NCBI RefSeq assembly: GCF_009914755.1
Contig: NC_060942.1
From: the human T2T-CHM13v2.0 reference genome, Homo sapiens
Strand: one strand, 5' to 3'
Length of the DNA stretch: 64,000 nucleotides
This document shows positions 52,338 through 64,000 of this stretch, one piece after another; the stretch's first letter is position 1, and each line of letters begins with the position of its first letter. The position numbers and the translations under genes were made by a program. Under the pieces are notes generated by a model, which saw nothing but the letters and a program-made list of their open reading frames with translations, was not told the DNA's origin and searched no databases.

Positions 52338-52690
52338 TTCCTTCCTTCCTTCCTACCTTCCTTCCTTCCTTCCTTCCTACCTACCTTCCTACCTTCCTTC
52401 CTTCCTCCTTCCCTCCTTCCCTCCCTTCCTTCCTTCTTTTTTCTTCCTTCCTTCTCTTTCTTTTTCTTTCCTCTCTTTCTCTCCTCTTTCTTTTTTTTCT
52501 TTCTTTCTTCCTTTCTTTCTTTCTTTCTCTTTCTCTTTCTCAAATGTCATTTTTTTGTTTCATTTATTTATTTATTTGGTCATTGTACACCAAAGCAATC
52601 TATAATTTCATAATTTCAGGCTGCCTAGACTTCCTTATTTTCTTCCTTTCCCTTCCTTTTCCTTCCTTTCCTTTCCCTTTCCTTTTCTTT
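52338..52690 (+). repeat. (CCTT)n/(CTTT)n polypyrimidine tracts (52338-52540 and ~52630-52690)
   Basis: Read directly; source of the K/E/G/R-rich and F/L/S-rich ORFs. Confidence 0.95.
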
Positions 52691-54653
52691 CATGTAAAGT
52701 ATGTTGTAGGAGTAATCTATAAACAGCCTGCGGCACTCACAGAGAATAACAAGGGTTATGAAGTCCCAATTTGTTGCTCTTCTCAAATGTCATTTTTAAT
52801 GAAACTCCCAAATGGTTAGGTGGCCTGTTGATGCACAGGATAATGATAATATTCGGTACTTTCCCTGCATAACTTATTTCAAACTATTTGTACAGAATGC
52901 ATACTAAGAAAAGTAGCTTATATAAGCTGTTATTTTGTCAATATATTTTTATAATATGACAGATATAGTGAGGACACATCAATTTACTAGGAAGAATAAT
53001 GAATGCTTAGTCAAAGTTAATTTTTTGAAAAATCAGCGAACATATAACTAAACAGTATTTTCTTTGTCTCAGGGTAACGTTCAATGGAGGTAATAATGAA
53101 AGTGCCATTTGTTGATACAAAAACAAATTTACTATTTTTCTTAAATGGAGTTTGGCAGGAATTAAATCAAAGATGTACAACAAGGTTACACCATACTTGA
53201 AAGAAAGAGTTCTGATAAAATACTTATTAATCAATCTCATGGTCACAAAGTTTATGAGAATTGAAGAGAATACACCCATGAATTATGAGCATTGTCAACA
53301 CAGCCTATTTCTTGACTAATTAGCAAATTAGTTCTAAGTGGAATTTCGGCACCTTCAAATGAGCTTCTTATAGCTAATTTATCTTGGCCTTCCTACATAA
53401 TTTATCAAATTCTTAATAATAAAAAACCATTAAAATGTTAATCTATAATAGATTCAAATAATTTAGTGTTGGTTTTTCTTCTTTTATGCTTTACATAGTG
53501 TTGAAAGCAAAGATATTCTGTACATTGCAAAAACATTTATTTTACAAGTGGTGAGATCATGAGTAATATGCAGTGTTGAAATCCATCTCATACAGAAGCG
53601 TGGGACTCAGACTGATGGAGTGAATGGTCATGCAGAACCTACTCAGTTACAGGCACTGAGCAAAAGACACTTTGGCAAATATACTCATGATATGAGCATC
53701 TGGCATTTCAACTTATCGCATGTGTCAAGCTTATGTTATTGGATATATGTGGGGAGCTACAAAAAAGAATTTTGTTTCTTTTCAAGTCTCATTAAATATC
53801 CAAATCACATGTCATCATAGGCTACTAAGTGATTATAAGTTGGTGATGAATACAGTGTTAGTTATCTGATGACCAGTAAACTTATAGCACACAGAGGAAG
53901 TCAGACACATAATACCTTCCCCCCCTCCACCAAAAAAAAAGTACATAATTTTATTTTCCCTGTTTTTTGTTAACTCTCCATGTCCAAGGCTACATTAACA
54001 AAATATATGGCAGAATACTTTATCTATATATAGAGATAGGAAAAAAGACAGAAACAAAACCTTCTGAGGCCAATCATTTCTTTATTCAAATCAAATCAAG
54101 CCATCTTAATCAACTCTGTAAGCACTTCTTGAAATTTTATACATAGCAACTGGATATTGCCTACATGCATTGTTCTTAGAGTCATTAAGACTTTAGATGG
54201 TATTTTAAAAATATAACTCCATGTGAGTTAGCTAAACAATTTGATTGGGCAAGGAAAGCAAAAACTTACTGTTTCTCTTTTTTTTTTTTTTTTGTTTTAC
54301 CAGAACAATACTTGGTATTAATACAGTAGTACATCTTGGAGCATGCTGGATTATGGGAAAATGGCAAAAAATCTACAAATGTGTTATGGAACTAATTCAT
54401 TTGTATGCAGCAAAAATGCCAGATAAATTTTATGTAAAACCCGAAGGTTATTTATTGACTGTCACCACTGGAAAGATGACAATGTTGTCAAGCATAGCTT
54501 GATCCAGAACTCAGACACCCTCAGAATCCATGTCATCAGTTGGTTTTCTTGCGTGTGGCTCATCTGAGGATTTAAATGTCCTTTGCCATCTTGGGGTCTC
54601 CCCACAGGGTGCCTCTTTAGAGCCTCACAGTGGCCTTACTTGGCCAAGACTGA

Positions 54654-55008
54654 TGTCTTAGTCTGTATCTGTTGCGATAACAGAAAACCTTAGACTTGGT
54701 AATGTATAAAGAACAGAAATTTATTTCTTACAATTCTGGAGGCTCAGAAGTCCAAAATCCAGGCCTCAGATCAGGTGTCTGCTGAGGACTTTCTTGCTGC
54801 ATCCTCACATGGCGGGAGGTGGAAGGGAAAAGGACAAAGTCACTAGGGTACTCCTTTCCACCTCTTTTATAAGGCAGTAACCCATTCATGAGGGTAGAGC
54901 TTTCTGACTTAATCACTTCCAAAAGGCCTCGCCTTGTGACACCATCATCTTGGGGTTTAAGTTCCGACACAGGAATTTAGGAGGTACACATACATTCAAA
55001 CCATAACA
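54654..55008 (-). mobile_element. MST (C/D-like) MaLR solo LTR
   Basis: tgtcttagtctg...aagaacagaaatttatttcttacaattctggaggct...cacatacattcaaaccataaca. Confidence 0.85.
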
Positions 55009-55179
55009 ACCACTCTAGAACCAATTGTGGTAGTAGTGAAAATGAGGTAATCTGATTGCTTTATATTAGAATAATCCCAAATGACATGAACGGATGTGGG
55101 GAGGGTTGGTTGCCAAAGGAAATTTGAAGTTATGACATTACGAAGAATGGGAAGTGGGTTTGGGGTAGCAATAAAATGT

Positions 55180-55510
55180 ATATTTATTATTTACTTATTT
55201 AATTTTTTTAACTTTTGTGGGTACATACCAGATGTATATATTTATGGGGTACATGAAATATTTTGAGAAAGGCATACAATGTGTAATAGTCACATGATAG
55301 AAAATGGGGTATCCATCCCTCAAGCATTGATCCTTGGTGTTACAAACAAGCCAGTTGTACTCTTTTAGTTATTTTAAAATGTATGATTATGTTATTATTG
55401 ACTGTAGTAACCCTGGTGTGCTACCAAATAGTAGGTCTTATTCATTCTTCATATTTTTTCTACCTATTAACCATCCCCACATCCCCTCTACAGCAACCCC
55501 ACTACTCTTA
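55180..55510 (-). mobile_element. L1MA 3' end fragment
   Basis: ttttgtgggtacata...gtatatatttatggggtacatga...aaaatggggtatccatccctcaagcatt; homologous to 14875-15180. Confidence 0.85.
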
Positions 55511-58500
55511 TTGCCCATCTTAATACCTTCCATTATCTCTCCATAACAGTGTACCTGTGAATATGTGTTAGAGGAAGGAAGGGCAGCTAATGAGGAAAAC
55601 AAACAAAGCTGCCTCTTTTTTTTTCCTGCAATCTTCGCCTTCCCGGTGGTAATTCTGATATCACCTCTTCTAATGACCTTGTCTCATCTTTTGATATTCC
55701 ATCTTGGTTATTACCAAGCTCCTTGGCACGTGGTAACAAATTCCAAAAGTCCTACATGTACATATATACCATATGGAAGGAAATCTGTATTATTCTTTTC
55801 CCACATTTATACCCTTGTTATAATCTTGTTGACAGGGGTTTTGCAATCTGGCACTAATAAAAAGTGAAATATGGATATTACAATTAGCGGAGAGCAACAG
55901 GAGAAAAGAAAAACAATTTTCAGAACTGTCAAAAACATCAGTCTTTTCATCAGGAAATTGGGTCTGAGCAATTTTTCCAGTTTTCTCAGAATATTTTGCC
56001 ATTATTATCAGTTCTTTCTGCAATTCTTTATAACAGAACTCAGTATATAAACTTAGCAATTATCCTCAGCACCTAGAAACTCAGTAAGTTTTCCAATTAT
56101 AAAAAATATACCAAGAACTTTGTTGTAAATGAACTTTTCCTTATATGAATGTAAACAGAATCATATGTTTCTTTAAATAAATACCACTTTCCTTTTCATT
56201 GTATCCAGACCTCAGCATGTTGCCCTACATATAGGCACCCAAACTAACACTGAGAAATGGAACTGAAATCTCTTTTAAATTGCCATCATTTGTAAGGAAC
56301 TTTCTGTAGCCTGGTTGGGAAGTTTAAAATCTTTCATAGCTTATCGATAGCTAATATTTTACCTTTAATTTTTATATAAGAAGACCTGAGCACATTACTT
56401 TTCTTTACAAATCCTCTTTCAGGACTATGACTTTGGAAAATAGTACTAGCTACAATGAAATATTTATAAACAATTAATAACTGGTTTGACAAAATGGCCC
56501 AGTTAATAATTCAAGAGTGGACTTTAAATTTTATATTAAAAATCATTCAGGTCTTAGAGTATTGTGATTTCTAGATATATATTTCATTTAAGAATAGTTA
56601 TGATCCAAATGAAACCCTGTGTGATCATTTTTCCTTCAAGAAACATTGTCAAGTTGCTTTGCTAACAAAGCACTTTCTAAAAAGAGGGAACACAAGTGCT
56701 GAACATTTACTCATCTGGTCCCAATTCTGAGATTCAATCTGTGTGCATTAGTTTTATTCATCGTCGCCATCCATTTTTGAACCAAAATTGACCTGACAGT
56801 AGGAAAAAAGAAAACCCTTGAGAAGATGTTTTATCTGGATTTCTACTGTTATACACTGCTAATAATTTGTATTTTATTTTTCACTTGTATTGATTTAGCA
56901 GAGATAATTGAAAATTATCTAATATCCTCTCACTTACTATGGCTAGCATAATCCCCAATAATAAATAGTAGTATGCAATAAATGTCTATACACTATATAA
57001 AACGGTTTGAACGAAAGAAAAATTTGAGTTCATAAATGAATTATATTTTTATTACAGAGATAGAACAAAAAACTCATTAGAGTCATTCTCAATTTTTAGT
57101 TTGTATCTCAGAAGTTCTGCATATTTAACAAGAACTTCAGAAGGTGCACTCTAAAGACACACTACTCTTTAAACAAATGAATATGGTTTTGAAAATTGCA
57201 GATCATTTACTAACCTAGAAATATGGAGAAAATAAAACATGTGATTCAACCAGAATGGACTGTATTTTATTAAAATCTTAGCTTTAAAATTCTGGGGATA
57301 AACATCAATATTAGTTATAGAGTGGTGGTCACCTTGTTAGGTACCTGCTTTTTAATGACTCCTTTTTTAATAACAAAGAAACCTATTAATAAAGAATGAC
57401 CATTACCCAAGCAAGAATCATATGCAGATTATTAGAGATTGGGTCAAAATTACACATGGATAAATCTAAAAGGAAGATTTAGTCTTATTCTGACTTTAAC
57501 ATCCATTCTCCCTTAACTAAGAAATCAGTGAGATCATTTGCCAGACAAAACCAAATCAGATTTCTTTGGGCTCAGCTGTTTTATTAACATTCTCCTTTTT
57601 ATAACATTCTAGTTCCTTTTCAGTGACTGATGCTATTTGAATGATGAGCCATCTGTATTGAATCGATCCTTTTCACAGACCAGGACTGTTGGTATGAATT
57701 GCACAAAATTATGTTTCTCAGTCTATCGTTATTCAAATTTCATACTTTTAAGTTTAAAGTCTTCCCATATTTGTAGTGTCCTATTTTTTTCTTAGTTACA
57801 CAGATAGGGTCAATTTTCTTCTGCAAGTCAGCTTGCTCTCATTATAACGTGTACTGGCAGCATGCCGTTCTAATTTTGCATGCAGTATCTCCAATTTGTT
57901 TGTCCTTGAGTTCTATAACTATAGAAATGGTTGTAGAGTACCTGGATTTTGGTGAGAAATCTCAACTGCTAGGCTAAGCTTTATCTAGTTAAAGTTCCCT
58001 CTTGTGTAGAAAACAAGAAATTTAGGGCATTTTCTGAATCAAACATGATCATTCATACTTCCTGTTTCCAGTAGCTTATAGTTTGATCATTTTACCATAT
58101 TATGCCCCAGATTGACAAAAAAAAAAAAAAACTTTTCTGACTTAAAAGCGCTCTAATGAAAAAGGCAGGAGCCACAGTTGAATATATGTTCACCACAAAG
58201 ACAAAGTCAGGAGTGATGGACAAGCTTATTCTCAATAATAATCTGATGAGAAAATGAAAAGGATGATCTGATGATGACCTCTTTCCACACATCTCTGTAT
58301 GTGTATGCATGTGTGTGTGTAACTGGGTTGGTGCCAGTAGGCTGAAGAAAGATTGGGGTCCTAAGGAAATTTGTAAACTTAAAATAAGAAAAAAATAAAT
58401 AAATGTCTTATTTCTTCCTAGGCATCTCAGGATCTTGAACATTATGAGAACAAGAATATGTGCAATATCTTAACTAGACATTTGTACTTATAAGTTAGAT

Positions 58501-58646
58501 GATGAAGGACCCCAGAGTCCCTATTTCCTCCAAAAGTTCGTATCAGGTAAAATCAAGCATAAACTTTCAAAGAGGAAGAAAACATTCAGAGTCAACTAAA
58601 TCCAATATCCTCTCATTGTTGGGAAAATACCAAGGATCCAAAAATA

Positions 58647-59061
58647 CAGTTGACCCTTAAATAACACAAGTTTGAACTTCATGAGTCCACTTATATAGGG
58701 TAGATTTCTTCTGCGTCTGCTACCCCTGAGATAGCAAGACCAACCCGTCCTCTTCCTTCTCCTCCTCAGCCTACTCAATGTGAAGACAATAAAGATGAAG
58801 ACCTTTATAATGATTCGCTTCCACTTAATAAATAGTAAATATATTTCTGTTCATATGATTTTCCCTAGTTTACTTTATTGTAAGAATATACTGTATAATA
58901 CTTACATCATACAAAATATGTGTTAATTGACCATTTGTGTTATCAGTAAAGCTTCCAGTCAACAGTAATTAAGTTTTGGAAGAGTCGAAAGATACACACA
59001 TAAATTTTCAACAATGCAGACGGTCAAAGCCCTGACTCCTATGTAGTTCACGGGTCAAGTG
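58647..59061 (+). mobile_element. Tigger2a-like Tc1/mariner MITE
   Basis: TIRs cagttgacccttaaataaca and tgtagttcacgggtcaagtg, with a TA dinucleotide TSD on both sides; internal cctcctcagcctactcaatgtgaagac. Confidence 0.9.
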
Positions 59062-60764
59062 TATTAAATTACCTGTTAAATATCACATCTGGGGCAAGAA
59101 CACACATTTTTAGCTTCCCCAGGATGATGTTGTTTCTATTTTGACATCTCATAATCACAGACTTGATTTTTTTTTGTTTAGTAAACAAAAAGTGAAGCAA
59201 AATAACACAATATTCTCTTCAAAGAAAAGAAACCCTTTTTCCTTAATTAGAGTTAGCAGATATTAGTTCATTCTACTTTGGAAGTTCAAAGTCACAGACT
59301 TCTATATATTAATATATTTAAATAATCATTGGATTACATTGCATAGACAAGAGACAAACTTGTACTAAAGTGCTCAGGAAAGTTTACTGACAGCATTCAA
59401 ATAAGCTGAGACTACTTATTCCACTCTCTTTGGCATCTAGGCTTCAAAGATTCCCTGCATTAAACTGGAGTTCCAACTATTCATACCTTGGTGTAGTTCT
59501 TCCTATAGTGATTCTGGGCTGGTCAGCTACTCGGGTTCATGAATTGCAGGTAGAAGAAGTGACACTGTACCAGTCTCAGGTTAATCTTGAAGTTAAAGTG
59601 CACTACAACTTTTGTCTGAACCTTCTCGAAACATTTGGTGTTTTAGGGACCAGGAGCCACCTTGTAAGAAGTTCAGCTCCTCTACTGCATAACCTATGTG
59701 AGTGACCACAAAGAGAGCCATTATAATTTCCTATTATACAACAATAACACCAACACCATTTACTCTTAGGAACACCTGCACCTTGCTAAGTGGTTTGCAG
59801 TCCTCATGCCCACTGGGTCTATCTCAGTTAAATCAAAGGTTAATTCTGCCATTGAAAAATTTTCCACTTAACAATGATATTTCTGTTATAGACATTTTCT
59901 ATTTTTTGTTTTCATTATTTTTAATTTTTCTAAAATTCTAAGCATTTCTTGTATCTTGAAGCCTAATGAGATTTTTTTCTTGAAGGTTTCTAAAAGAGAG
60001 CCCTATTTTTAAACCAAATTTCATATCCCAGATATTAATTAAACATAATTTTACTTGATTACTATATAATTTGGCTCTTGAGCCAAAGATTTATTGCTTT
60101 ACTGTCAAAATACAAACTTTATTGAATACATAAGAATATATCAGTAAGATAATTTGGGGCATACAATTTTAACAAATTGATTAATTAAATTAACCTCAGT
60201 TGCCTCATTTAATCTGAAGCCTTCAATTGAAAGGTCTGATCAAGGGGTATAATCCCTTTTAAGAACTAGTATAGTATGGAAATTCCTGGGAAAATGGCCT
60301 AATGGAGAAAATAAAACTTAAGCAGCTAATTAATAGAAGCGTGGACTTCCCTACTCAATCTACCAGACAATGCAGAGGGCTCCAGACCTTCTACAATTAG
60401 AACAAGAATGTACAGAAGAAGCTAGGCTTTCATCAACCATTTAATGCATCAACTGGGATAGTAAGAAGACGTGGATAAATGTGTGAGAATTAAAGTGTTG
60501 GGATGGCAATAGGGCTATTGCTAGTGTTTCTGAAAAACAAACTCTAGATGTGGGAGAGAATTTCAAAGATAAGTTATGGAAAGATGAGGGTAGAAAGTTG
60601 GGTAGGGTAGGGGGTGTTCAAGGGGCCGCATAATTTCAAGTTAAGGTCCCTAGAGCAAATGAAGAACTCTGAGGGTGGCACAAGGTAGACAAATCTAAGA
60701 AACGGCAGAATCGATTGGTTTCTACCAGGGATGGGAAAGCTTGCCATCATCGTTAGGAAGTGAG

Positions 60765-63700
60765 GGGTTTGGAGGATGGCTTCTGGATTGAGTTCAACAT
60801 GATAAGGAGATTGACAGTCTCCCATCCTCACATTAAAACAAACAAATAAATAGCCGAGTAAACTGAAAATCAATGACTTCCTTGGACCCATCAAGGATTT
60901 GAGATCACAGAGCAAACAGACCCTGAAATTGAGAAATATGTGAATATAGAGAATTGTAACCAAAATCAGGTTCCCTGCAGCAGAAATTACTGGAGCTGTA
61001 TGCTGGTAGAGACACGTAAATGGTAATAATGACACTTTGCTGCTGGAGTAGACTGGCAGAGGAATGAGGAACTATTGGAGGCCCAGTCTTAGCTGACCCC
61101 CACACTTTTGTGGGTTTTACCCCCAGGAACCTCACTAGAGCCTCACAATTAAAACCAGCCTCATTAAATTAAAAAAAACAAGCATGTATTTTATTTTACC
61201 ACAATGAAATAAAATTAAAAATCAGCAACAGAAACTAACTTAAAAAGTGACAAATATGATGATAGTACATGCCATACTCCTAAATATCCAATGGATCAGG
61301 CAAAAGTAACAAGAGAAATTAGAAAAAAAGTTTTATATGAATGAAAATGAAGACATAAAACACCAAAATGTATCAAATTAAGCTAAAGTCATATTTTAAG
61401 GGAAATGTATAGCTATAAATGCCTTTAAAAGAAAAAAAGATCTCAAATCAACAATTTAATCTTCTACCTTAAGATAGTGGAAAACAAAGAGCAAATTTAA
61501 CTCAAAATGAAAGAAGGAACAGTTAAGATGCAAAATAGAGAAAATCAATGGAACTAAAGGCATGGTCTTTGGAACAACAAAATTGACAGATTAAAAAAAG
61601 GGGGGGCGGAATCTAATTACTAAAATTAAGAATGAATTAATTGAAAACAATAATTTACATTAGTAATTTTTAAAGTTTCCATACAGAAAAGACCCACTGT
61701 TTCACTGTCTGCTTCTATGAGTTTAACTTTTTTAGATTCCACGTAGAAGTGAGATCATACAGCACAGATGGCTTAACAGGTGAATTCTGCCAAACCTTTA
61801 AAGATATTAATATCAACTCCTTTCAAACTCCTCCAAAAAATATACAAGAGGAAGAAACACTTTCCAACAGATTATATAAGGCATCTATTTCCCTGACACA
61901 AACCCCAGAAGACATCATAAGTAAACAACTGACCAAAATCTTTTATGAAGACACAAAAATCTTCAACAAAATATTAGACAACCAGATTCATCACCATATG
62001 AAAATGATCATACACCATGATCAATCGGGATTTATCCAAATATGGAAGGGTGGCTTAACATCTGAAAATTAATTAATAAATATAGCATATTATTAGAAAA
62101 ATGTTTAAAAAGATGGTTATCACAATAGATGGATAAAAATAATTTTTTAAAGTCTTACAATACTTCATGATAAACAAATAAAAAATAGAAATAGAAGGAT
62201 AACTTATCAACTTGACAAACAGCATCTACAATAAATCTATGGCAAATATTGCAGTTGATGCTAAGCGAACAAATGCTTCTGACTTTGTCAGATTTTAGAC
62301 AAGGGTGGTCATTATCACCACTTCTATTCAACACTGCAGTGAAATTCTACCCAGGTCTCTTAAGACATAAAATGCAATAAATGGCATACAGGTTGGAAAG
62401 AAAGATAAAACAAGCTCTATTTGAAGATGACATAATCTTGTATATTAAAAAATCCTAAGACATCCACTAAAAGTTTACCAGAATTAATAAACAAATTTGG
62501 CAAGTTTCCAGGATGCAAGGTCAATACGCAAAAGCCAATTGTATTTCTGTACACTTTCAATGAACAATCCAAAAATGTAATTTTTTAAAAAGTCAATTTA
62601 TACTAGCATTAAAATGAATGAAATAATTAGGAATAAATTTAACTGAAGAATTAAAACACTCACACTGTGAAACTGCAAAATAAAGAAGACCTAAATAAGT
62701 GTTAAGTTACCCCATTTTGATGGATCAGAAGACTTCATATTGTTAGGATAACAATATCTGCCAAATTGATGCACAGCTACAATTCAATCCCTATCAAAAT
62801 CCAGCTGATTTACTTGCCAAAATCAACAAGCAAATACTAAAATTCATATGGAAATTCAAGCTGACCAATAACAGTCAAAACAATTTTGAAAAAGAAGAAC
62901 AAATTTGGAAAAGAAGAACAAATTTGGAGGGCACACAGTTCTTGGTCATAAAACTTAGTATAAAACTGTGTAATCAAGACTGAGATAAAGTTATAGGGTA
63001 AATATATAGACCAATGGATGGAAATGAAAGTCTCTAAAGAAATCCTCACATTTACAGTCAATTCATATTGAACAATGGTCACAAAACAATTCGGGGGGGA
63101 AGAATGGTGCTGGGATATCAGAATATTCATAAACAAAAGAATGAAGTTGGGCACCTTCCTCACACCAAATGCCACACACAAACTTTAACTCAAAATGAAC
63201 ACAGACTTAAAATGTAAGAGCTTAAATTATACAAACTTAGAAGAAAATATCCGAGTAAAGATTTGCGACTTTAGTTATGCAAAGTCCCTTTAGATAGGGC
63301 AGTGAAGTACTAGTGACATAAGACAAAAAATAGATAAATTTGCCTTTGTCACATTAAAAAGTTCTTTGCTCACAGGATACCATCAAAAAAGTAAAAAGAC
63401 AACCCACAGAATGAATGGTAATAAATATTTGAAAAGTATATGTATTATAAGGGACTTGTACTTAGGATGTGTAAAGAACTTCTCCAGCACAATAAAAATA
63501 TAAATAATTCAAATAAAAATGAGCAAAGCATCTAAATGGGCATTTATCTAACTGAGACATACAAATCACAATAACAGAAAATAATGCTTAACACCATTAG
63601 CCTTCATAAATGGAAATCAAAACCAAAATGAGATACTACTTTATACCCAATAGGATGATTGCAAGAAAAACGACAAAAATAATTGTTTGTAAGGGTATTA

Positions 63701-64000
63701 AGACGTCGGAATTCCTGGTGGGAATGTAAAATTCCTGCTGGGAATGTGAAATTCCTAGTGGGAATGTAAAATGGTGGAAGTACTTTGGAAAATGGTCTGG
63801 TGGTTCCTCAATAAGTTAAGCATAGAGTTAATATTTGACTCAGCAATTTCACTACTAAGTCTATACCAGAAAGAAGGCAAAACATATGCCCGCACCAAAA
63901 CCAGTGCATGAATGCTTATACCAGCATAATTAATAATAAGCAAAAAGGGGAAACAACCCAAAATGTTGTACATTCATACAATGAAATATTATTTGGCAAT
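60765..64000 (+). mobile_element. Old L1M element: 5' region (~60765-61140) joined to decayed ORF2 running off the window end
   Basis: ORF 61749-62072 has DGLTGEFCQTFK, YKASISL and IIHHDQSGFI. Later ctctatttgaagatgacataatc (FxDD region) and aaatcaaaaccaaaatgagatacta (KTTMRY region). Confidence 0.85.
63711..63770 (+). repeat. 20-bp tandem triplication inside the L1M
   Basis: attcctggtgggaatgtaaa / attcctgctgggaatgtgaa / attcctagtgggaatgtaaa. Confidence 0.93.

Noticed and set aside
52286-52613. K/E/R-rich and F/L/S-rich ORFs
   Set aside because: They are translations of the (CCTT)n/(CTTT)n microsatellite.
62890-62928. 20-bp direct repeat aaaagaagaacaaatttgga x2
   Set aside because: Ordinary slippage duplication inside a dead L1M ORF2.

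Overview
This window is AT-rich, repeat-dense primate (most likely human) genomic DNA that looks intergenic or deep-intronic. I found no host protein-coding exon, RNA gene or CpG island that I can support. Every long ORF is LINE-1 ORF2 or its antisense shadow, and the short ORFs come from Alu, LTR or simple-repeat sequence. Roughly half or more of the window is recognisable transposon. It includes two multi-kb L1PA elements (one 5'-inverted by twin priming, one with a 15-bp TSD inside an MLT1 LTR), older L1M pieces, seven Alus, THE1/MST/MLT1 MaLR LTRs, a nested LTR-int-LTR MLT1 relic, MER57, an LTR22-like LTR with its PBS, Tigger2a and MER3. I see no new multi-gene system. The most interesting signals are DNA-repair and retrotransposition scars. 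(1) At 40.0-41.7 kb a truncated Alu is fused to a ~425-bp fold-back palindrome with a minisatellite loop and a ~535-bp tandem duplication. (2) A ~75-bp polyadenylated insert inside the LTR22-like LTR resembles, from memory, the 3' end of TUBB8-family mRNA. (3) Two L1 fragments without tail or TSD are patched into older elements. (4) An orphan poly(A) has TSD-like flanks. (5) There are several old local duplications. All repeat-family names are from recall of consensus sequences, not from a search.
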